Origin: an uncultured bacterium | GTDB lineage: Bacteria; Bacillota_I; Bacilli_A; RFN20; CAG-826 | Direction of reading: 5' to 3' | NCBI GenBank assembly: GCA_949285665.1 | Contig: CASDYC010000001.1 | Location: forward strand, 5,376-69,375 | DNA: 64,000 nt | Shown here: positions 28,007 through 35,845 of the stretch, piece by piece | Numbering within the stretch: position 1 is the first letter of the stretch | Layout of the letters: each line of letters opens with the position of its first letter | Position numbers and translations under genes: made by a program | The notes under the pieces: model-generated | Told to the model about the DNA's origin: nothing | Seen by the model: the letters and a program-made list of their open reading frames with translations, nothing else | Database searches by the model: none

Positions 28007-28763
28007 AGATTTAAGTTTTAATGAAGATGAAGTTAAGGTCAATGATTATATTAACTTGATTTTAGATGGCGAAAATAAGGGCATTTATGAGCTTAAAAAC
28101 CTAATGAGAGAACGCCCTGGGTTATATGTCAAAGAAATAATAAATTATTACAATGAACTAACTAAATGTTATGTTTCAAGTCTCATACATGCGTGCGTAA
28201 GCACATGTGAGTTTAACGGTGTTAAAAAAGAAGTAATTGTTAAAGAAATTTATAAACAAGTTAAGGATTTAACAAAAGATGATGTTAGATCTGATTCAAT
28301 TTATGTTGTGGTTTTTGATAATTTAAAAAATAGACAAATAAAAGACTTGTATATGTTTAAAAGTATTGATGAATTAAAAGAGATTAACAAATTGTATGTT
28401 TATAGCATTATGAATTATCAATACGATGAAGAAAAAGTTATTTCTTCTAGTATTGTTGCTAGTATTGATAAAACGCCATATCATGAAATATCAAAAGAGG
28501 AAGCTTTTGTTTTAGAAGTTAAAGAGTTATTAAAAAAAGCTATTGGACAAGGCTATAAAGAAATAATTAAACCAGAGTATTCATATTACTTTAACGATTT
28601 AGGAATGTATTTTATAATATCTGACATGTTAAACTCAATTGTTGGTGGTATTAAAGATACCGATAGAAAACTTATTTTAAACGATTTTAAAAGTAAAGAG
28701 TTTTATGAAATTAGAACGTTTATAAATCAAGTTGTTGATGAAATATTCTCGCTTTATGCGTGA
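27990..28763 (+). CDS. hypothetical protein
   Basis: 257-aa ORF. Confidence 0.3.
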   Translation: MIKQIKDLSFNEDEVKVNDYINLILDGENKGIYELKNLMRERPGLYVKEIINYYNELTKCYVSSLIHACVSTCEFNGVKKEVIVKEIYKQVKDLTKDDVRSDSIYVVVFDNLKNRQIKDLYMFKSIDELKEINKLYVYSIMNYQYDEEKVISSSIVASIDKTPYHEISKEEAFVLEVKELLKKAIGQGYKEIIKPEYSYYFNDLGMYFIISDMLNSIVGGIKDTDRKLILNDFKSKEFYEIRTFINQVVDEIFSLYA

Positions 28764-28783
28764 GTAGGTAGGCACACACGTAT

Positions 28784-29053
28784 ATGCGTATGCACGTATG
28801 TAAGACTGTTAGTCTTGTTGTATTGTTAATAGTTGGCATTGTTGGTTTAGTATTAACTTTTGTCATACCTTACAAAGACTTAATTTATTTAACTTTTTCA
28901 TGTTCGTTTTTTGGATTTATAGTTTATCTTTCTACTTTAACTGATAAATTAAAATACAATGAAAAATTAATCGTTAGTTTATTTATATGCCACATAATTT
29001 TTGTAATTTTGTCTATTGTGTTAATCTTACTTTTAGAAAATGGCGTTATTTAA
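28784..29053 (+). CDS. small membrane protein
   Basis: 89 aa, 3 TM helices. The start lies within a 31-nt perfectly alternating Pu/Py tract. Confidence 0.35.
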   Translation: MRMHVCKTVSLVVLLIVGIVGLVLTFVIPYKDLIYLTFSCSFFGFIVYLSTLTDKLKYNEKLIVSLFICHIIFVILSIVLILLLENGVI

Positions 29054-29159
29054 AACAGAAACAGGCTAAAATTAAACAAAATAAAAAAAGTAGTATGATT
29101 TATCTACTTTTCTAAAACGCTTGAAATTACCCCGTTTATTTAATTATTTTCAATGTATT

Positions 29160-29190
29160 AAAAAAGCACTCAACTAAGAGTGCTTTTTCT
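29160..29190. terminator. bidirectional intrinsic terminator between convergent operons
   Basis: A-run, then GCACTC aactaa GAGTGC, then T5. A second hairpin lies at about 29090-29115. Confidence 0.6.
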
Positions 29191-29322
29191 AATTATTGTT
29201 TTTCATAATGCATTACTTGATTATTTATAATTACATATATTTCTTTTTGTTTTATAAATATTTTAAGTAAATACAAAGTATAAGTAATTGAATATTTATG
29301 ATGTAATAATTTTTTAAGTAAT

Positions 29323-29994
29323 TTATAAGTTGTCATATGCTTGATCCATTTCTTTAAAGTTAAATAATTTAGTATTTAACATAACTGGTTGTTGTAAGTA
29401 ATTTAAGTTTGAATAATAGCAACCGCCAACTTTATAAAACTTGTTAATTAGTGATACGTAACCATCTTTTGTCATAATTGCTAACTTGTTATATTCGCCA
29501 ATTAAGTTTTTTATTAGTTGCATTTTGTTATATCGTTTATCAAAGTATAAATCATTACCGATAATCAAAGACAAGTAATCTTTAATAAAAGTCATTGTAT
29601 CGTTATAATTTACTTTTTGATTATAGCTACTTGTTAAATGAATGATTCCATTATGAGCTATTCCAATATTAGCCGTTGTTTTTAACTCACGCATACGTGC
29701 GTAATCGCTACAAAGTGGGTATGGATGGCACAACTCTTTTTTTGTTCCGCCCTGGGTTGATATTCTAAAGTGTAAGACAAGTGGTATTTCTTTAATTTTT
29801 AAGTTGTTATCACTTAATAACTTTTTAATATCTTTAAGTAAATCATCTAGCTTATCAAATCCCTTGTGGATGATTACTTGATTATTTACTGGGGCCATAT
29901 AGCCGGCCCCATCCCCGTTTCTTTCAATACATTTTTTTAATGTTTCAATACTTGGTAAATCTTGGTTTACTGGTTTATAGATAATTACACACAT
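29323..29994 (-). CDS. class-II glutamine amidotransferase-like Ntn hydrolase (YafJ/GATase_4-like)
   Basis: Starts MCVIIY, the Cys2 N-terminal nucleophile typical of GAT-II. 223 aa. Translationally coupled to the upstream amidoligase-like gene (ATG/TAA overlap at 29994). Confidence 0.55.
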   Translation of the reverse strand: MCVIIYKPVNQDLPSIETLKKCIERNGDGAGYMAPVNNQVIIHKGFDKLDDLLKDIKKLLSDNNLKIKEIPLVLHFRISTQGGTKKELCHPYPLCSDYARMRELKTTANIGIAHNGIIHLTSSYNQKVNYNDTMTFIKDYLSLIIGNDLYFDKRYNKMQLIKNLIGEYNKLAIMTKDGYVSLINKFYKVGGCYYSNLNYLQQPVMLNTKLFNFKEMDQAYDNL

Positions 29995-31244
29995 TATAAT
30001 TGTTCCCCTTCCTTTTCGCTTGCGTATGTGCGCATGAATAAGCCTTGTTTTCTAAAATAATTAATTACTTTTAAATCTACATTTTTAAGCATTTTTGATA
30101 AGCAATAAATCTTGTTAAATGGCACATTTTTAAGATTTTCAGCAATACCAGCGAATAAAAGAAAGCAGTTTTTCATCCATTGAGCATCTGCAACGCTTCT
30201 AAATATTCTTATTTCAAAAGTTGCTTTTGAGTTAATTAAACAACGATTGTGGTCTGAGTTTAAATAATCGGTTGCATTACAAGATAAATCAAGTCTTTTT
30301 ATTGCTTCGTGGTAGTCTTTAATTTCATCGTATGTATAAAACTTACAATAACGCATTGAGTTTTCATCTCTTTTTGAAAGTTTTATAAAGTCTTCCTTGT
30401 ATATAGTCATAAAGTAAGCAAGTTTTAAAAAGTTTATCGCTTGTTCTTTTGAGTTATCACCAAAGACAAGTTTTGATATGTGTAAATGAATACCAGCGCT
30501 TTTAACGTTGTCATCATGACCGGTTTTTTTCATAAAATCAGCGATGATATTAAAATCTAATTGCTCTAAATATTTTCTTGAAAATACTTGACTAATCATC
30601 TCAAAGCCATAAGTTAAAGAGCCATCCATTTCAAATTTAAAATGTGTTTTTCTAGTTTTTCCATTTAAGTTATAAAAATCATCGGTTACTCTTGCATAAT
30701 AGCGGTTGTCTTTTCTAACTCTTAAACGGCTATTGTTAAAATTATCGATTTCAATTTCAAAGCCGTAGCCCTTAAAGTTGCTTTCATCCATTGTCTCGTT
30801 GTCTAGTTTAAAATATCTAACCTTGCTATCTCTTGCATCATTGCCCCAACCGTTATAATCAGAGTGATAACCGTTAATTACATACAAGTTTTTATATTCT
30901 TGTTCAAAGCAAGTATTGCAATATCTTGTGTCATTGCCCATGTAATGAGATTGAGTTTGTAAGTCTTGTGGTGCAATCCATTTTCCGCATTTATCACATT
31001 TTCTAAAACCAATATCACGCATTGCACGCTCAAGCGTGTCTATATTATCGCTTGCGTATATAAGCGTTTCAGTCTCTAATGTAAGTCTTTCATGTTGGTT
31101 TGTGTAAGTAGTAGTATCTAAATCAATAACTATTGTGTTGCTATTAACAAATAAGCTTATTAATGCTTCTTGGTCGCTTGTTACTAATTGAGCAACGTAT
31201 GATGCGTAAGTTTTTTTAATAGTAATAACATTGTATTTTTTCAT
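29994..31244 (-). CDS. amidoligase-like protein (PF12224-like GS-fold) with an N-terminal Cys4 zinc ribbon
   Basis: Motifs GYGFEIEI (E.E strand), DGSLTYGFE (DGS) and SAGIHLHIS (GxHxH), recalled from the putative-amidoligase family. CDKCGKW...CNTCF zinc ribbon. AAGGGGA RBS. Confidence 0.45.
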   Translation of the reverse strand: MKKYNVITIKKTYASYVAQLVTSDQEALISLFVNSNTIVIDLDTTTYTNQHERLTLETETLIYASDNIDTLERAMRDIGFRKCDKCGKWIAPQDLQTQSHYMGNDTRYCNTCFEQEYKNLYVINGYHSDYNGWGNDARDSKVRYFKLDNETMDESNFKGYGFEIEIDNFNNSRLRVRKDNRYYARVTDDFYNLNGKTRKTHFKFEMDGSLTYGFEMISQVFSRKYLEQLDFNIIADFMKKTGHDDNVKSAGIHLHISKLVFGDNSKEQAINFLKLAYFMTIYKEDFIKLSKRDENSMRYCKFYTYDEIKDYHEAIKRLDLSCNATDYLNSDHNRCLINSKATFEIRIFRSVADAQWMKNCFLLFAGIAENLKNVPFNKIYCLSKMLKNVDLKVINYFRKQGLFMRTYASEKEGEQL

Positions 31245-31371
31245 AGTATTTTATTTTCCCCTTAATTTTCTGCTCATTTTGCTTTATAATTAAGAGTGCA
31301 AAAGGGCTTAAAAACTCTTGTGTAATCGCTTGTTTTTTCTAGTTTGCCGACTTGTTAAACGGGCGATTTTT

Positions 31372-31554
31372 TTATTGCTTATTGACGTCACCTTCGATTA
31401 ATTTAGCCAAATAAGCACTTTTTGATGGTTGACTTTCAATTTTATCTATTAAGTGTTGTTGTGTATCTTTTCTAAGCATTAATCGATAATATTTATAAGT
31501 CTTTTTCTTGTATTTATAATTGCTTTTATTATCTTTTCTTGGCGTTGTTTTCAC
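31372..31554 (-). CDS. small basic ribbon-helix-helix-like protein (paralog 1 of 3), GTG start
   Basis: KTYKYYRLMLRKD (beta strand), TQQHLIDKIES (helix) and SKSAYLAKLIEGD (helix) follow the Arc/MetJ/CopG pattern. Preceded by GGAAGGGGG. Directly upstream of the amidoligase gene. Confidence 0.4.
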   Translation of the reverse strand: MKTTPRKDNKSNYKYKKKTYKYYRLMLRKDTQQHLIDKIESQPSKSAYLAKLIEGDVNKQ

Positions 31555-31584
31555 CCCCTTCCTTAAGTTGTAGGGCTTCCGCCC

Positions 31585-31680
31585 TTGACTTATACGTTTT
31601 AGTTTCTTATAATAATTGTGAACTTGGTAATCCAGAGATTAATTGTGATTCTAAACTCATAATTAACTCTGGTTTTTTTA
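31585..31680 (+). promoter_or_regulatory. promoter-like site plus intrinsic terminator mini transcription unit (unit 1), antisense to the minus-strand operon
   Basis: TTGACT, a 17-nt spacer and TATAAT at 31585-31613. CCAGAG...CTCTGG hairpin at 31632-31672 followed by T7. Confidence 0.4.
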
Positions 31681-31776
31681 TTTTTCTTTACCTTAAGTCT
31701 CACATTTATAATTAAACGCTTTCGTCAAGGGTTGCCCTATTAGTAAGTAAGTCATATTTAACAACCCCTTACACGT

Positions 31777-31822
31777 ATGTATGCAAGCGTGTTTCCTTGC
31801 TTGCAATAATAATTTAACATAG
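31777..31822. repeat. conserved hairpin block (copy 1): TGCAAGC gtgtttcctt GCTTGCA plus AATAATAATTTAACAT
   Basis: 33 nt identical to 32278-32310. A diverged third copy lies at about 32793-32835. Confidence 0.5.
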
Positions 31823-31856
31823 GCGTTCACCTAATGCAACATATATTTTTATTTTT

Positions 31857-32035
31857 TTATTGTTGCATGTCTTTTTTGATTAAGTTTACTAGATAATCAT
31901 TTTTGCTTTTTTGTTTTTCTATTTTCTCTATTAAGTCTTTTTGATTATCGATTCTTAATCTTAGAGTGTAAGATTTATAAGTCTTTTTGTTGTATCGATT
32001 TTGTCTTATCGTTGATTTTTTGGCGATATTTTCAC
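31857..32035 (-). pseudogene. RHH-like paralog 2; apparent frameshift at an A6 tract near the 5' end
   Basis: The GTG frame gives VKISPKNQR-stop. The +1 frame continues KKSTIRQNRYNKKTYKSYTLRLRIDNQKDLIEKIEKQKSKNDYLVNLIKKDMQQ, which is homologous to paralog 1. One extra A would restore the frame. Confidence 0.3.
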
Positions 32036-32045
32036 CCCCTTCCTA

Positions 32046-32119
32046 TTGATTTTTAAAACTCTCACTGCTATAATGATGCTGAGATATTTGAGATGACTAA
32101 TGTTTAGTCATCTTTTTTT
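32046..32119 (+). promoter_or_regulatory. promoter-like site plus intrinsic terminator mini transcription unit (unit 2)
   Basis: TTGATT, a 17-nt spacer and TATAAT at 32046-32074. 9-bp hairpin AGATGACTA/TAGTCATCT at 32091-32113 followed by T7. Confidence 0.4.
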
Positions 32120-32277
32120 ATCTCATGGATTAATAAAATTAACAAGATTAATGTAATAATTAAATCCATATAATTTATTAACCTTTCTACTATTAAGCAT
32201 TAAACCGGTGTAAGTTTTTTAAGTATGTTTAATAGCAGTGAGAGAAACTTTACACTTTATTAATGTAATAGTCTCAT

Positions 32278-32323
32278 GCGTATGCAAGCGTGTTTCCTTG
32301 CTTGCAATAATAGTTTAGCATAA
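32278..32323. repeat. conserved hairpin block (copy 2)
   Basis: GTATGCAAGCGTGTTTCCTTGCTTGCAATAATA is identical to copy 1. Confidence 0.5.
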
Positions 32324-32396
32324 TGAAACATTATTGCAATACCTTTTTTAAAAATATTTTAATTTTTATTTTTTATTACTGAAGTAATAAGATTTT

Positions 32397-32567
32397 TTAT
32401 TTTTTTAAATCGTTTTGAATTAGCGATAAAATATAAGCGTTTTTTGATTTAACACTTTCTAATTTTTCTATTATATCGCTCTGGGTATCTTTTCTAACTT
32501 GTAATAAATAACGCTTGTATGTCTTTTTTTTATATTTATTACTTGCGATTGTTTGCCTTGTTCCCAT
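32397..32567 (-). CDS. small basic RHH-like protein (paralog 3), ATG start with AAGGGGGA RBS
   Basis: 56 aa: MGTRQTIASNKYKKKTYKRYLLQVRKDTQSDIIEKLESVKSKNAYILSLIQNDLKK. Below the 60-aa cutoff of the ORF track. Same beta-alpha-alpha pattern as the other two. Confidence 0.4.
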   Translation of the reverse strand: MGTRQTIASNKYKKKTYKRYLLQVRKDTQSDIIEKLESVKSKNAYILSLIQNDLKK

Positions 32568-32583
32568 GATTTTATATTCCCCC

Positions 32584-32662
32584 TTGACAAAATAAAAACC
32601 CGTGCCATATAATATTAATGAAAGATTTAGATATTAGAGTTTAGTCATCTAATATCTTTTTT
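32584..32662 (+). promoter_or_regulatory. promoter-like site plus intrinsic terminator mini transcription unit (unit 3)
   Basis: TTGACA, an 18-nt spacer and TATAAT at 32584-32613. GATATTAG/CTAATATC hairpin at 32630-32656 followed by T6. The loop shares GTTTAGTCATCT with unit 2. Confidence 0.4.
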
Positions 32663-32935
32663 ATTTCAATTAATATCTTACGTATTAGAATTAAAAGTAA
32701 AATCTTTTTCATTCTAACGCATCCCCCTTTCTAGTTTTAATCCTAGCTCAAGATTACTAACTAGCGGTTGCCTTATGATGCTATGACACGGGTGCAAGTA
32801 AGCTTTTTCCTTACATGCATTAATAGTATGACATAAGTATATACACATTACAATATATTTTTAATTATTTTTTTATTTTTTTATGCGTGTTTGCGTATGC
32901 TTTCGCGTGCGTGTGTGCGTATGCGTGATTATGTA

Positions 32936-33020
32936 TATATTCTTTTAGATTTATATTATTCTTTCAGATTTATATTATTCTTTGAGATTTATATATATTC
33001 TTTCATATTTATATTTTTAT
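32936..33020. repeat. four tandem ~20-bp iterons (tattctttNagatttata-like)
   Basis: attcttttagatttat / attctttcagatttat / attctttgagatttat / attctttcatatttat in a non-coding stretch. Confidence 0.5.
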
Positions 33021-33316
33021 ATTGTATTTTCTATATCTATTTTTCTTTTTATTTATATGGCAATTTCAAAAATCTTAATTTTTAAAGATGAAAAAGATTA
33101 GAATAAAAAAAGATAATTTGATTAGATTATAAAAGAGGCGATTATTAATTTTTCTATATCATATATCACAATCAAGGTGTTTGATTTTCTTATTTCTTTT
33201 CATCCATCCAGAGCGTTAAAAATTGGCTTAAAATCTTATATTTTTATGTGGTGTCTTTTTCTTGTATTGCTCACATATCTATAAAACACCGATAAAACCG
33301 ATATTTTATAAAGTTT

Positions 33317-33340
33317 GGGGGTTAATTTGGGGGTTAATTT
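33317..33340. repeat. 2x GGGGGTTAATTT, related to the att-site GGGGGTTATTT triplets
   Basis: gggggttaatttgggggttaattt. The same G5TTA(A)TTT motif occurs 3 times in attL, 3 times in attR and once at 61089-61100. Confidence 0.5.
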
Positions 33341-33416
33341 TAGATGATTTATTGGATGTTGCTTCCTCTGGAAGCAAAACAACAACAAAAAAATTTTTAA
33401 ATTTTCTATATATTGG

Positions 33417-33453
33417 AACCCCCACCCGGAAGGCAAATTCACCCCGGGGCGGC
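33417..33453. other. GC-rich palindromic island upstream of the terminase genes (candidate cos/pac region)
   Basis: aacccccacccggaaggcaaattcaccccggggcggc in otherwise about 20%-GC DNA, including the CCCCGGGG palindrome. Preceded by the GCTTCC tct GGAAGC hairpin at 33361-33375. Confidence 0.3.
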
Positions 33454-33658
33454 TAAAATGCAATTATTGTTCTTTTTAAAATTTTCCTTATTTTTTCCTA
33501 TTTTTTTAAATTTTATTATTTTTTTTATATTTTTTTAATGTAAACTTTTCTTGCATTTTTGTCAATAAATGTTGATATTTGTAAACTTTTATGTTTAAAA
33601 TGCAACATTTTATTTACTTTTTGCAAGTCATAATAAAAACTTGCTATTTTTAGTATAC

Positions 33659-33688
33659 TTGACATTAAGTTAGTTAATGATTATATTG
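33659..33688 (+). promoter_or_regulatory. late-operon promoter candidate
   Basis: TTGACA, an 18-nt spacer, then TATATT. The -10 element overlaps the first ATG of the ORF at 33677, so the transcript may be leaderless or start at the ATG at 33695. Confidence 0.35.
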
Positions 33689-33694
33689 TATTTA

Positions 33695-34039
33695 ATGAAA
33701 GATATTGGCGTAGTTATTTTATCAACTTACGAAAAAAACATCCTTAATAAAAAACAAAATTCTAAGGCTGATTTAATTGTCCGTGATGAGAAGACTTTAA
33801 CTGTTCTTCAAAATATGCTTAATCAAAAAGTAACTCAAAAATTAGAAGATGGCACAAGTCTTAATGCAACTGCCAAAGAGTTAATTATCGCTTCAGCAAT
33901 TCGAGATGCGATAAACAAAGGAAGTTTTGAAAAGTTAAAAGTTTTATTAGAAATAACCGGTGAGTTTAAAAAAGAAGAAACCCATAATCTTAATATTTCA
34001 CTTGTTGACCAATCTTTAAGAGAAAGGGCCCTAGATTAA
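33695..34039 (+). CDS. small terminase subunit candidate (by position)
   Basis: About 115 aa, immediately upstream of TerL. The ORF track starts it at 33677. Confidence 0.3.
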   Translation: MKDIGVVILSTYEKNILNKKQNSKADLIVRDEKTLTVLQNMLNQKVTQKLEDGTSLNATAKELIIASAIRDAINKGSFEKLKVLLEITGEFKKEETHNLNISLVDQSLRERALD

Positions 34040-34040
34040 T

Positions 34041-35843
34041 ATGTCGCTTGCAGATGAAAGACTTAAAGAATACGATAATGTCTTAACAGTTAATTTTCTA
34101 GGCAAAAAATACCCAGTTTATGTTTTAATGGAACATCTTTTAAAAGTGACTGATAAGGATGCTAGATGTGTTAAGTTTGTTTTATGGGATGAACAAATCG
34201 AACTATATAAAGAGATATGTAAGCAAAGACTAGAACATAAACCAGTTAGAATAAATATTTTAAAAGCTCGACAAATTGGCTATTCGACTTTTATTGCTGG
34301 TCTTTTATTTATTATTACTCTTTTCACTCCAAATATAAGAACTGGTGTTATTGCCGATACTGAAGCCCATGCTAAGAATTTATTTTCAAAGTATGAATAT
34401 TTTTATAGACACCTAGATGATAATAACCCAAATATTCAAAATAAGGACATTCCAGAAAACGACTTACTTACATATAAGCCAAAACTTGATTATGCAAGAA
34501 ATCAAACTTATATGAAAACAAAATATTCAAACTCTGAAATAGAAGTCTTAACAGCCGGAGATAATGCTGGTAGATCTAATAACTTCCATCTTCTTCATTG
34601 TAGTGAATGTGCATTTTATCAAAATCTAAAACTAACACTTAATTCACTTTTAGAGACAGTTTCAAATAACAATCTAAATTCTATGATATTTTTAGAAACT
34701 ACGGGCAATGGTTTTAACGAATATAAAGAGCGTTGGGACAAGGATTTAAGTGGTAAGACTTCATATAAGGCGTTCTTTTCTCCTTGGTGGAAGCATAAAG
34801 AATATAAAACAAAAGGACAACTTCCAAGATTAGAAGAATGGCTTTATCAAAAACAAAGCGAGTTAAATTTATCTGATGAACAGATGAATTGGATTTGGAA
34901 TAAATATTTAGATAAGGGTGATAAAGCACTCACTTTACAAGAATACCCATTTACTCCAGTTGATGCGTTCTTATCTACTGGTAATTGTCTATTTAATGCA
35001 GAAATAGTAGCAAAAAGAAAAGAAGAAATAATTAAAGAGATAGAAAATGTTAAAACTGGACAATTTATATATGAACCACATTATTCTCAAAACGGAGATA
35101 GAATTGAACTTTTAAATACAGAATTTGTAGAAAGTAGAAATGGACTTATTAAGATTTATAAAGAACCAATAGATGATCATCCTTATGTTGGAGTATGCGA
35201 TCCAAATGACGAAGGAAGTGATTATAACGCAGTTGTAATTATTGATAACTTTACCGGAGAACAAGTAGCAAGTTTTATAACTCGTGAATTAACTCATGAT
35301 AAAATTGCTTATCAGTTTTATTTACTTGGAAAAAAATATAACGATGCACTTTTATCTAATGAAATGAATAGAGGTGGTGCGATTATGGATTATTTAATTA
35401 AACTCGGCTACCCAAGACTTTATGTTAGACAAGACCAAAGTTATGAAAATTATAAACAATCCGTTAAATCAGAATTTGGTCATAAAATCACAAAGACAAA
35501 TAGAAATCCAGCAATTGAAAGTTTTAAAATCGCATTTAAAGAAAATCCAAAAATGATAAATGACTTTGATACGATTTGTCAAATGGAAACTTTTTCAAAT
35601 GTAGAACACGTTTCAAAAGATGGCCGTGTTACTTATAAAATTGAAGCAAGTGGCGGAAATCACGATGACTTAGTTATGGCTATGGCTGGTTATTACATTG
35701 TAAGAAATCAACAAAGTTTCTTGCCAAAAAGAGACGCAAGTAGAATTAAAGAAGCTTCAAAATTAGCGATGTTTGAAGATAACAAACATAAAAAAAGTCA
35801 AAAGAATATTTTATTTACAACATTTTCAGGGATTAGGTTTTAA
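34041..35843 (+). CDS. terL: terminase large subunit
   Basis: 600 aa. N-terminal ATPase with KARQIGYSTFIAG (Walker A-like) and a C-terminal nuclease region. Followed by the portal gene. Confidence 0.75.
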   Translation: MSLADERLKEYDNVLTVNFLGKKYPVYVLMEHLLKVTDKDARCVKFVLWDEQIELYKEICKQRLEHKPVRINILKARQIGYSTFIAGLLFIITLFTPNIRTGVIADTEAHAKNLFSKYEYFYRHLDDNNPNIQNKDIPENDLLTYKPKLDYARNQTYMKTKYSNSEIEVLTAGDNAGRSNNFHLLHCSECAFYQNLKLTLNSLLETVSNNNLNSMIFLETTGNGFNEYKERWDKDLSGKTSYKAFFSPWWKHKEYKTKGQLPRLEEWLYQKQSELNLSDEQMNWIWNKYLDKGDKALTLQEYPFTPVDAFLSTGNCLFNAEIVAKRKEEIIKEIENVKTGQFIYEPHYSQNGDRIELLNTEFVESRNGLIKIYKEPIDDHPYVGVCDPNDEGSDYNAVVIIDNFTGEQVASFITRELTHDKIAYQFYLLGKKYNDALLSNEMNRGGAIMDYLIKLGYPRLYVRQDQSYENYKQSVKSEFGHKITKTNRNPAIESFKIAFKENPKMINDFDTICQMETFSNVEHVSKDGRVTYKIEASGGNHDDLVMAMAGYYIVRNQQSFLPKRDASRIKEASKLAMFEDNKHKKSQKNILFTTFSGIRF

Positions 35844-35845
35844 AT

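Noticed and set aside
32397-32567. Frameshift at a poly-A tract in RHH paralog 3
   Set aside because: I first read the tract as A9. A recount from the sequence gives A8, and the 56-aa ORF is intact from ATG to TAA.
32936-33340. CRISPR array
   Set aside because: The repeats are few (3-4 units), about 20 bp long, irregular and without uniform spacers, and no cas genes are present. Iterons or binding sites explain them better.
32891-33463. ORFs 32891-33085, 33236-33463 and 33262-33456
   Set aside because: They lie within repeat-rich and iteron DNA with mutually overlapping frames and repetitive translations. They are almost certainly non-coding.
33677-33694. ORF-track start of the small terminase candidate at 33677
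   Set aside because: That ATG is overlapped by the best -10 hexamer of the late promoter, so the ATG at 33695 is the more plausible start.
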